A stretch of 64,000 nucleotides of DNA. It comes from Gemmatimonadales bacterium (GTDB lineage: Bacteria > Gemmatimonadota > Gemmatimonadetes > Gemmatimonadales > GWC2-71-9). The notes under the pieces are model-generated. The model saw only the letters and a list, made by a program, of their open reading frames with translations. It was not told the DNA's origin and searched no databases. Location: the NCBI GenBank assembly GCA_025927545.1, contig JAICLE010000003.1, positions 20,923 to 84,922 of the forward strand. The letters are read 5' to 3'. Positions 35,532 to 44,378 of this stretch are shown piece by piece (position 1 is the stretch's first letter; each line of letters opens with the position of its first letter). Position numbers and translations under genes: made by a program.

Positions 35532-36083
35532 GTGAGCCGCATCAGTCTGCTCGCTGTCTGCGGCAGTCTTCGCGCGAGCTCCTCCAACCGCACGCTGCTC
35601 CAGGCAGCCGCGGCGCTTGCCCCTGCTGACGTGACGGTGCGGCTCTCCGAGCACCTCGCCGCGCTGCCGCATTTCAACCCGGACCTCGACGGCGACGCTC
35701 GGCCGGCCGCTGCCGAGGCATGGCGCCGTGCGGTCGGGAGCGCGGACGGTCTTCTGCTCTCCACACCGGAGTACGCGCATGGGCTGCCGGGGGCGTTCAA
35801 GAACGGGCTCGACTGGCTGGTGAGTGATCCCGCGCTGCTCCACAAGCCGATCGCGATCTGGAACGTCTCGGCGCGAGGCACGTACGCGCAGGCGTCGCTG
35901 GTCGAGATTCTGCGCACCATGTCCACCCGGATCGTGGAGGCGGCGGGGGTGACGCTCCCGCTGCTCGACCAGCCACTCCAGCCCGCGGCACTCACAGGCA
36001 CTCCCGCCATACGTGACATGCTGCGGGACGCGCTTGACGCCTTGGTGCGGTCCATTCGTGAGGCGCGGGCCGAGCAGCCCTGA
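35532..36083 (+). CDS. NAD(P)H-dependent FMN reductase
   Basis: ISLLAVCGSLRASSSNR and TPEYAHGLPGAFKNGLDWL motifs. GTG start preceded by GCAGGAG. Confidence 0.85.
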   Translation: MSRISLLAVCGSLRASSSNRTLLQAAAALAPADVTVRLSEHLAALPHFNPDLDGDARPAAAEAWRRAVGSADGLLLSTPEYAHGLPGAFKNGLDWLVSDPALLHKPIAIWNVSARGTYAQASLVEILRTMSTRIVEAAGVTLPLLDQPLQPAALTGTPAIRDMLRDALDALVRSIREARAEQP

Positions 36084-36129
36084 GGGTGGCAGGCCATGTC
36101 TCCGCGAGTCCCTCCCGCGAGTCGCGGAT

Positions 36130-36152
36130 GCCGCGGCAGTTGATGCCGCGGC
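36130..36152. terminator. GC hairpin between convergent genes (possible bidirectional terminator)
   Basis: GCCGCGGC (36130-36137) pairs with GCCGCGGC (36145-36152) across the 7-nt loop AGTTGAT. No clear U-tract. Confidence 0.35.
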
Positions 36153-36154
36153 GC

Positions 36155-36898
36155 CTACTCCCGCACCAGATCCACCCTGAGCGACCGGTCCGCGTTCTCT
36201 CCCAGCACCACCGTCACCAGCTCCCCCGCTGCGGCGTCGATGTCGGCCGAGCTTAGCACCAGCCGCGTGGTCCCCGCCTCCGTGAACTCGACCGTATAGC
36301 GCCCCGGCCGCCTGACGAGGTCGGCAATGAGCGCCAGACTGCCGTACTCGAACGGCTGAAACGCCGGCACCGTATCCAGCGGCGCACCGGCGGGCGTGAG
36401 GTACGGATCGAGCGGCGGCGCATGCGGCGCGGCGTGCACGATCCGGAACCGCGCGGCATCCGTCAACGGAGGCGGCGGGTTGCCGCTGTCCACGGGCTCG
36501 CCCGGCATCGATGGAGGCACCGGCTCCGCTGTCCCGGACCCGGTGTCCACCGACACCATGACCGTAAGCGCCTGCAACGGTCCCGCCGCGAATACGGTGT
36601 AGGACCTTCCTGCCTCCAGCACCAGCGGGACCGACGCGAGCATCGCCGAGGTGCCCGTGGCTCGCACCTCGCCCGTGGCGCGGCCGGCGGCCACCTCACT
36701 GGCCGCCGACGCCTCTGTGCGCCCGACGGCCCGGGCCACCGTCTTTCCATTCACCAGCAGGTCCAGCGCGCCCGCGTCGGGCGACGCGCTCGCCAGCCGG
36801 AGCCGGGCGGACCCGTCCTCCGGGGGCGCGGTGCCGTCGGAAGCGCAGCCCTGGAGAGCGAGGGCGGCAACGACGGCCGCCAGCAATGCGAATCGCAT
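36155..36898 (-). CDS. DUF4397-domain lipoprotein
   Basis: Start MRFALLAAVVAALALQGC (lipobox). RLASASPDAGALDLLVNGKTVA and a second RIVHAAPHAPPLDPYL repeat fit DUF4397. Confidence 0.65.
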   Translation of the reverse strand: MRFALLAAVVAALALQGCASDGTAPPEDGSARLRLASASPDAGALDLLVNGKTVARAVGRTEASAASEVAAGRATGEVRATGTSAMLASVPLVLEAGRSYTVFAAGPLQALTVMVSVDTGSGTAEPVPPSMPGEPVDSGNPPPPLTDAARFRIVHAAPHAPPLDPYLTPAGAPLDTVPAFQPFEYGSLALIADLVRRPGRYTVEFTEAGTTRLVLSSADIDAAAGELVTVVLGENADRSLRVDLVRE

Positions 36899-37022
36899 GG
36901 GATGAATCTCCTGCCGCAAGGTGAAACGTGCTGCTTCGGTCGGCCACTAGGGACCTCAACTCGAGAGACTTCGCGAGTTCTCGCCGCGTCACATCGGTCC
37001 CGCGATTGCCGCGGTGTGACGG

Positions 37023-37589
37023 ATGACGGCGTCGCCGGGTCTCCTTCAGGTGAGTCCGCCGGATGCCGAGCTCGTGGAGCGGGTGCGCCAGGGCGACCTG
37101 GACGCCTTCGGGCTGCTGATGACCCGGTACCGGCTTCGCTTCGGCCGGTACGCGTTTCACCTGCTCGGCAACGAGAGCGATGCCGAGGAGGCGCTGCAGG
37201 ATGCCTTCATCCGGGCGTATCGGTCAATCGACCGGTGCCGCCATCCCGAGCGCTTCGCGGCCTGGCTGTTCCGGATCCTCATCAACCGGTGCCGGACCGC
37301 CGCCGTTCGGCGCGGACGGGAACTCGCCCGGCGGGCGCCGCTCGAGGCGGCGAACGGCGTGGGCGTGACGGATTCGGCTGAGGCGGCGATGCACCGGGAT
37401 GACATTCTGCTGGGGCTCGCCGGACTGGTGCCGGAGCAGCGGGAGGCGTTCCTGCTCAAGTACGTCGAAGAGCTGAGCTACGAGGAAATGGCCGAGCTGA
37501 CCGGCGCGGGCGAGTCCGCGCTCAAGATGCGGGTCAAGCGTGCCTGCGAGCGGCTGCGCGACCTGCTGGGCGATCATCATGCCACCTGA
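37023..37589 (+). CDS. ECF-type RNA polymerase sigma-70 factor
   Basis: Region 2 (EEALQDAFIRAYRSIDRCRHPERFAAWLFRILINRCRT) and region 4 (EQREAFLLKYVEELSYEEMAELTGAGESALKMRVKRA). Confidence 0.9.
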   Translation: MTASPGLLQVSPPDAELVERVRQGDLDAFGLLMTRYRLRFGRYAFHLLGNESDAEEALQDAFIRAYRSIDRCRHPERFAAWLFRILINRCRTAAVRRGRELARRAPLEAANGVGVTDSAEAAMHRDDILLGLAGLVPEQREAFLLKYVEELSYEEMAELTGAGESALKMRVKRACERLRDLLGDHHAT

Positions 37590-38112
37590 CGACCGGCTCG
37601 ACCCGGAGCACGACGACTTCATCGAGCGCGTGGCCGCGCGGCTCCGCGCGTCGGTACCGCTCTCCGAACGGGTGGAGCGCACGGTGCTGGAGCGGCTGCG
37701 GGCCGGCCCGCCCGCGGCCGCTCGCTCGGTTCCACCGCGCCGGTACGAAGCCAGGATCGCGGCGGCGTTGGCCGCGTCGCTGGCCGTGGTCTTCGGCCTC
37801 GGCATTCTGGTGGGGCGCCGGAGCGTGGCCGGGTCGGAGGCGGGTCCCCGCCCGGTCGAATTCGCGCTCCGCGCCCCGGCGGTTTCGACCGTGGCCGTAG
37901 TGGGAGACTTCAACGATTGGGACTCTCGTGCGACGCCGCTGCATAACGGGTCCGATGGCCTCTGGACCGTCACGGTTCCGCTCCGGCCGGGGCGCTATCG
38001 TTATACGTTCATCGTGGACGGCACCCGGTGGCGCCGGGATCCGTCGGCGCCTCCCGCGCTGGAGGACGACTTCGGCGCGCCTACCTCCGTGATCACGGTG
38101 GCTCAGCGGTGA
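37579..38112 (+). CDS. Putative anti-sigma factor: one TM helix + C-terminal AMPK-CBM/E-set (glycogen-binding-like) domain
   Basis: Overlaps the sigma gene end by 11 nt. TM helix IAAALAASLAVVFGLGILV. VAVVGDFNDWDSRATPLHNGSDGLWTVTVPLRPGRYRYTFIVDGTRWRRDP matches the AMPK1_CBM pattern. Confidence 0.6.
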   Translation: MPPDDRLDPEHDDFIERVAARLRASVPLSERVERTVLERLRAGPPAAARSVPPRRYEARIAAALAASLAVVFGLGILVGRRSVAGSEAGPRPVEFALRAPAVSTVAVVGDFNDWDSRATPLHNGSDGLWTVTVPLRPGRYRYTFIVDGTRWRRDPSAPPALEDDFGAPTSVITVAQR

Positions 38113-38116
38113 TGGC

Positions 38117-38653
38117 ATGCTCCGCGTGACCACTCTGCTGCTTTTGCTCGCGCTCCTCCGGCCGGCGCCGGCCGCGGGACAGGACCCGCGGCTGGACGCC
38201 AGGCTCGACTCTGTCACGCGGATGCGGGTCAACGCGTTGCTCGACTCGGCGCGCAGCGACGGGCTCCCGACCGAGCCGATCGTGCAGAAGGCGCTGGAGG
38301 GGTCGAGCAAGGGCGCGGCGGGGCCTCGCATCGCCGTCGCCGTCGAGGCGGTGCTCACGGATCTGCGCCGCGCGCGCGGGGCGCTCGGGCGCGGCGCGGC
38401 AACCGACGAGCTCGTCGCGGCCGCCGCCGCGCTCCGTGCCGGCGCCACGCCGGCCATGCTCGGAGAGATCCGCCGGGTGGGCCCGCGGGGCGGGGTCGCC
38501 GTCCCGCTCGCGGTCTTTACGGACCTCGTGGCAGGTGGCATGGCGGTGGAGGTGGCGTGGCGCTCGGTGGCGGAGCTCGCCGAGCGCGGAGGAGACGCCG
38601 GTGAGTTCCTCGACCTGCGCGACCGGCTCAGGCCGGCAGCGGGGGCGCCGTGA
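38117..38653 (+). CDS. Secreted hypothetical protein (ECF operon member)
   Basis: Signal MLRVTTLLLLLALLRPAPAAGQ. Begins 4 nt after the upstream stop, and its stop overlaps the next start (GTGA). Confidence 0.6.
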   Translation: MLRVTTLLLLLALLRPAPAAGQDPRLDARLDSVTRMRVNALLDSARSDGLPTEPIVQKALEGSSKGAAGPRIAVAVEAVLTDLRRARGALGRGAATDELVAAAAALRAGATPAMLGEIRRVGPRGGVAVPLAVFTDLVAGGMAVEVAWRSVAELAERGGDAGEFLDLRDRLRPAAGAP

Positions 38654-39744
38654 GCATCCGCCGCCGATGGCTCCATGCCACCTGCGCCGGGTTTGCGCTA
38701 TTCGCCACGCGGGCACAGGATGTCGCCGCGCTGCAGCTCGGCCTGACGGCGGATCTCGGCACCGGCCCGGCGGCATGGGACCAGCTCGACTCCGAGGAGC
38801 CGCTCACCCACGGCGCCCTCGGCGCGACCTACCGGACCACACCACTGCTGGGACTGCAGCCCGAGCTGGCCGGAGCGTTCGGCCTGAGCACCGCCGTCGC
38901 GGCGCGTACCGCGATGCAATGGGATCTGGCGGCACGGCTGCACACGCGCGGTGCGACTGCCGGGGCGTGGCTCGGCGCGGCGATCGGGGGCGCCGGCCTG
39001 GGCACGCGAACGGCGGCGCTCACCCGGCTCGAGGGAGGTGCCCGGCGCGCCATCGGCCCGGCGGGCGTGAACGTGTGGGTGTCGCGAACGACGTTCGGCA
39101 GCCGGCCCACGCCGCAAGGAGGCCTGGGTCAGGACGGGGGGCCTGGTCCGGACACGCTGCCAGTACGCCGCCTGGCCGAGTACACCGACCTCGGCTCGCG
39201 CGCGACGGTCGGACTGGGCAACTACGAGCTCGGCGTCACGCTGGTCCAGCGACTGGGCGCTGCGCCGCTCCGGCGTACCGGCTGGGAGGTGAGCGCCGTC
39301 TGGTGGCTCGCGCCGAGCGTCGGCCTGGTCGGTGCCGCGGGACATTCACTCCCGCAGGTCGGCGTGGCGATGCCCGGCGCGCGCTACGGCACCGTGGGCG
39401 TGCGCCTCGCCCTTGGCGCCGCATCGCGAGATGCCCGGAGGCCTTCCGGCCGCGCGACCGAGGCCACGGCGGAAGTCCCGCGCCTCCTGCTCGTGCCCCG
39501 GCGGCGGCTCGCGATTGCCGGCCCGAAGGCCGGGCGCGCGGAAGTGATGGGCGATTTCACCAACTGGGAGATCCGCCGGCTGGTGCCCGCGGGTGCCGGT
39601 CGCTGGATGTTTCCTGAGGCGCTCAGCCCCGGGGTCCACCAGCTCAACGTGCGCTTCGATGGATCGGCGTGGCTGGTGCCGGAAGGTGCGGTATCCGTGG
39701 ACGACGGATTCGGAGGACGGGCCGGCCTCTTCGTCGTGCGGTGA
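38650..39744 (+). CDS. Secreted beta-rich protein with C-terminal AMPK-CBM/E-set-like domain
   Basis: GTG start. Signal-like CAGFALFATRAQD. C-terminus AEVMGDFTNWEIRRLVPAGAGRWMFPEALSPGVHQLNVRFDGSAWLVPEG. Confidence 0.6.
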   Translation: MSIRRRWLHATCAGFALFATRAQDVAALQLGLTADLGTGPAAWDQLDSEEPLTHGALGATYRTTPLLGLQPELAGAFGLSTAVAARTAMQWDLAARLHTRGATAGAWLGAAIGGAGLGTRTAALTRLEGGARRAIGPAGVNVWVSRTTFGSRPTPQGGLGQDGGPGPDTLPVRRLAEYTDLGSRATVGLGNYELGVTLVQRLGAAPLRRTGWEVSAVWWLAPSVGLVGAAGHSLPQVGVAMPGARYGTVGVRLALGAASRDARRPSGRATEATAEVPRLLLVPRRRLAIAGPKAGRAEVMGDFTNWEIRRLVPAGAGRWMFPEALSPGVHQLNVRFDGSAWLVPEGAVSVDDGFGGRAGLFVVR

Positions 39745-39753
39745 TCGCGTTGC

Positions 39754-40743
<990 letters not shown>

Positions 40744-40794
40744 TCAACGATAGGAGCGGCGGGCGGAGCTGTCCACTCGCGGCATCCCCTTCTC

Positions 40795-42888
40795 CTGCGC
40801 GCACGGTGGCTCCCGCTTCTCCTCGCCCTGGTCAGGGCGCCCGCACCCGCCGGCGCGCAGGGACCGGGCGTCCCGGTAGACACGACCGCGCTTCAGCGCC
40901 TCCTCGTGGCGGAGGATGCGCGGGGGACCGGCCGGGACGGACTCGAGCCGCTCCTGAGCGCGCTCACCGGCAGCGATACGCTCCTGCGCCGGCTGGCGGT
41001 GCGCGGTCTCGGGCGGCTGCAGCGTCCGGAACTCGGACGCCGGCTGCTGCCGTTGCTCGCCGATCCGGTCCCGTCAGTACGCGCCGAGGCAGCCAACGCC
41101 ATCGCGCAGTCGATGCGCCGTGCCCCACGCGACACGACCCTTGCCGACGCCGGCCAGTTCATGACGAGTGAGGCCGCCAGCGCGCTCGAGCGTGCGCTCG
41201 AGCGCGCGCCCGCGGGCGCGACAGACGCCGGTGTGGTGGACGCGCTGGCGCAGTCTCTCGGACGCCTGCCGCTTTCGGACACCGCCGCGGCGCGCGCGGC
41301 CGAAGCGGCCATCCGCGCGCGGTTCGCGGCCAGGCAGACGACCGGTACGGCCCACGGGCTTTATACCCTCGCGCGAGCGCACCGTGCGACGGGCAATCTC
41401 GAGCCGGCGAGCGTAGCGCTGCTCCGACGCGCCGCCGTGACGTCGCCCGATACGGCGGTCCGCCGGTTGGCGCTCCGCACGCTGGCGGCGACCGGCGGGC
41501 TGGACAGCGCTACCGCCACCCGGGCGAGCCGCGATCCTGACGACGAAGCACGGCGCATGACGTTGAGCGGGAGTAGCACACTCTCGCCCGGGCTTCGCGC
41601 ACGTCTGGTGCGCCGGGCACTGGCCGACTCGAGCACAATCGTCCGGGTGGAGGCCATTGCCGCGGCGCGACTGGGCGGGGGCCCACCCGACTGTGCGCCG
41701 ATTCTCGCCGCCACGCGGGACCGCGAGCCCTACGTCGCGCTCGTCGCAATCGACTCGCTCGGAGGCGGCTGCACCGACCGTCGCGCCGCGCCGGCATTAC
41801 TCGAGCGGCTGGCCGATACGCCGGTGACGAGCGGTCCTCCCGACCACCGCTGGCAAGCCGCCGCCCACGCGCTGGTGGCGCTGGCCCGGGCGGACCGTGC
41901 GGCCGCGGCGGCCAGACTGCCGCGCTTCGCCGGCGCGGAGCGGTGGGAGCATCGGCTCTACGCCGCGCGCGCCGCGGCACTCCTGGGCGCGCGTCGCGTG
42001 CTCCTCCGCCTCTCGGCCGACCCCGACCGCAACGTGCAGGCGGAGGCGATCGCCGGGCTCGCCGGCACGGCGGGACACGAGGCGGACAGCGTCTATCTGC
42101 GGGCGCTCGGCTCCAGCGGCCATCAGGTGGCGCTCGCCGCGGCCCTCGCGCTCGAGGGCTCGCCGCATCCCGGGGCACTCGCCGCGCTCCTGGCCGCGTT
42201 CCAAGGCCTGAGTACGCACCGGAGCGAGAACGCCCGCGACCCCCGCGTCGCCATGCTCCAGCGCATCGGCGAGCTAGGCTCCGTCGCGAGCGCGACGCGC
42301 CTGGCGCCGTTCCTCGCCGACTATGACACGACCGTGGCCGCGCTGGTCGCCACCACGCTTGCCGGCTGGACCGGCGCGCCGGTCGAGGCCCGGCCGGTGC
42401 CGCTGCCGATCCGGCTCGAGCCCCTGGCCGGCGTGTTCCTGCGCCGGACCGTCCGGCTCGAGGTGACCATGGCGCCATCGAGCGGCGGTGGCAGCTTCAC
42501 GGTGCGGCTCTTCCCGGACGAGACGCCGGCCACGGTCGCGCGGGTGCTACGCCTGGTGCGGGAGGGTTTCTACGACGGGAAGGTGTTTCAGCGGGTCGAG
42601 CCGGATTTCGTGGTGCAGGGGGGTGGGCCGGATGCGAACGAGTATGTCGGCGACTCGCTGTTCATGCGGGACGAGCTCACCCCGCGCATCCACGCCCGGG
42701 GCACACTCGGGATCTCGGCTCGCGGCCGCGACACGGGCGATGGTCAATGGTTCATCAACCTGGTGGACAACCCGCTGCTCGACCACGAGTACACGGTCTT
42801 CGGCCGGATCGAGCGCGGCCGGGCCGTGGCCGAGCGGATCCTCGAGGGCGACCGAATCGCGCGAGTGCAGGTGATCGAAGCTCGGTGA
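40795..42888 (+). CDS. Secreted HEAT-repeat protein fused to a cyclophilin-type peptidyl-prolyl isomerase
   Basis: C-terminus FTVRLFPDETPATVARVLRLVREGFYDGKVFQRVEPDFVVQGGG...GTLGISARGRDTGDGQWFINLVDNPLLDHEYTVFGRI is cyclophilin. Upstream are Ala/Leu/Arg-rich HEAT-like repeats. Start unresolved: the signal-like RARWLPLLLALVRAPAPAGAQG has no ATG/GTG/TTG in frame upstream of it (between about 40650 and the GTG at 40905); CTG 40795 is used here. Confidence 0.7.
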   Translation: MRARWLPLLLALVRAPAPAGAQGPGVPVDTTALQRLLVAEDARGTGRDGLEPLLSALTGSDTLLRRLAVRGLGRLQRPELGRRLLPLLADPVPSVRAEAANAIAQSMRRAPRDTTLADAGQFMTSEAASALERALERAPAGATDAGVVDALAQSLGRLPLSDTAAARAAEAAIRARFAARQTTGTAHGLYTLARAHRATGNLEPASVALLRRAAVTSPDTAVRRLALRTLAATGGLDSATATRASRDPDDEARRMTLSGSSTLSPGLRARLVRRALADSSTIVRVEAIAAARLGGGPPDCAPILAATRDREPYVALVAIDSLGGGCTDRRAAPALLERLADTPVTSGPPDHRWQAAAHALVALARADRAAAAARLPRFAGAERWEHRLYAARAAALLGARRVLLRLSADPDRNVQAEAIAGLAGTAGHEADSVYLRALGSSGHQVALAAALALEGSPHPGALAALLAAFQGLSTHRSENARDPRVAMLQRIGELGSVASATRLAPFLADYDTTVAALVATTLAGWTGAPVEARPVPLPIRLEPLAGVFLRRTVRLEVTMAPSSGGGSFTVRLFPDETPATVARVLRLVREGFYDGKVFQRVEPDFVVQGGGPDANEYVGDSLFMRDELTPRIHARGTLGISARGRDTGDGQWFINLVDNPLLDHEYTVFGRIERGRAVAERILEGDRIARVQVIEAR

Positions 42889-43086
42889 GCGGAGGCCCGG
42901 TGCAGCATCTCGTCACTTCGACGCTGCAGTCTGCCACGCCTGCTTGAAGGAACAGTATGAAACGACGTCAGGAGGTTCTCGTGCCCCGGCGCGGTTCGCA
43001 TATCATGGCGCATCCCGCTAGCTTTGGACACACCCTCGTCCCATCCCGGCACGGAGGCGCTCCCCGTTCCCGATTGGAAGGCCCCC

Positions 43087-43479
43087 ATGTCCGATCTTCC
43101 GCCTCGCAAAAGCGGTTCGGCCTCTTCCCAGCTTCCCCAGACGGTTATCGACAAGGTGTTGGCGCGCGTGAGCGATGCCGCGTTGAGCGTAGACCAGCGC
43201 TCCCAGGCCACTCGGCCCCGTACCTCACGCGGGCGCCCGGCCCCGCTCGACCGCCTGGCTGCCGACGCCACGCGCACGCCGGAGCAGGTACGAGAAGCCC
43301 GGTCGCTCCGCCTGGTCTTCAGCGAGTTCGGCGATTCCTACCGCGAGTTCCGCCGGCGCACCGGCGCGCCGGTTTCGGCGGACGTGCGGGATGCCGCCAC
43401 CCGGTTCCGCCGGGAGCTCAGCGTCAACTCGCTCGCGACGGTGGCCGCCAGGCTGGAAGAGCTGCAGATCGCGTGGTAG
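43087..43479 (+). CDS. Hypothetical protein (130 aa)
   Basis: Track ORF 43024..43479. ATG 43087 is preceded by GGAAGG. GC3-rich. No family recognised. Confidence 0.45.
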   Translation: MSDLPPRKSGSASSQLPQTVIDKVLARVSDAALSVDQRSQATRPRTSRGRPAPLDRLAADATRTPEQVREARSLRLVFSEFGDSYREFRRRTGAPVSADVRDAATRFRRELSVNSLATVAARLEELQIAW

Positions 43480-44366
43480 TCCTGCCCGCGCTGACGCTCG
43501 CGCTCATGGCGGTGTCGGCGGACAGCGCCGTCGTGCGGAACATCGAGGTAGCTCCAGGCGAGATCCTGCGCACCACGACCATGGGGGCAGGCCGGCCGCT
43601 CGTCCTCATTCCCGGGATCTTCGGCGCCGCCTACGGCTACCGGAAGATCACCGGGCCCCTGGCCACCGACGGGTACCGGGTCATCATTGTCGAGCCGCTT
43701 GGCTACGGCTGGTCGTCGCACCCGAAGGCGGCGGATTACTCGTTCACCGCCCAGACCGGGAGGGTCGGCCACGCGCTCGACAGTCTAGGGGTTCGGGGGG
43801 CCCTGTTCATCGCGCAGTCGAGCGGGGCGGCGATCGCCTTCCGCCTGGCGATCGTCCGGCCCGACCTGGTGCGCGGACTCCTCTCGATCGATGGCGGCCC
43901 CGCCGAAAGCGCGGCCACGCCGGGCATGCGGAAGGCGTTCAAGTTCGGCGGTGGTCTCGTCAAGTTCGCGATGGATGAATCGAAGCTGCGGCACGACGTC
44001 CGCCGCGAGATCGTCCGCAACTCGGGCGATACCACCTGGGTCACCGATGCCGTGATCCGGGGCTACACCGCCGGACAGGTGGCCGATCTCAGCGGGTCGA
44101 TCGATGCCTTCCAGCGGATGTCGAAGTCCAGCGAGGAGTCGGGGTCGCTCGCCGACCGGCTGCACCGGTGCGTCGTGCCCGTGCGGCTGCTGATCGGTAC
44201 CGTGCCGCACCCCGCGGAGGTGACCTCCGACGAGCGTGAGCTGCTCAGCACCAGATTGCCGAACTTCGGTACCGACAGCGTTCCGGGCTCCGGCCAGTAC
44301 ATCCAGGAGGAGCAGCCGGCCGCGGTGCTCGCGGCGGTGGCCCGGCTCGCGGCCGCGGCGAACTGA
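43473..44366 (+). CDS. Alpha/beta hydrolase
   Basis: RPLVLIPGIFGAAYGY, nucleophile elbow FIAQSSGAAIAF, C-terminal GSGQYIQEEQP. The GTG at 43473 overlaps the upstream stop. The longer track ORF from 42957 is an out-of-context extension. Confidence 0.78.
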   Translation: MVVLPALTLALMAVSADSAVVRNIEVAPGEILRTTTMGAGRPLVLIPGIFGAAYGYRKITGPLATDGYRVIIVEPLGYGWSSHPKAADYSFTAQTGRVGHALDSLGVRGALFIAQSSGAAIAFRLAIVRPDLVRGLLSIDGGPAESAATPGMRKAFKFGGGLVKFAMDESKLRHDVRREIVRNSGDTTWVTDAVIRGYTAGQVADLSGSIDAFQRMSKSSEESGSLADRLHRCVVPVRLLIGTVPHPAEVTSDERELLSTRLPNFGTDSVPGSGQYIQEEQPAAVLAAVARLAAAAN

Positions 44367-44378
44367 GCCCGGTGCGCC

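Noticed and set aside
36102-36152. Two pairs of short direct repeats (CCGCGAGTC x2 at 36102-36110 and 36115-36123; GATGCCGCGGC x2 at 36127-36137 and 36142-36152), considered as a mini-array or binding-site cluster
   Set aside because: There are only two copies of each, in a 70-nt spacer between convergent genes. The simplest explanation is a GC hairpin or slippage duplication acting, at most, as a terminator.
42957-43472. Upstream extension of the alpha/beta hydrolase ORF (track 42957..44366)
   Set aside because: The extension is Arg/Pro/Gly-rich and overlaps the better-looking 43087..43479 frame. The hydrolase fold begins near GTG 43473.
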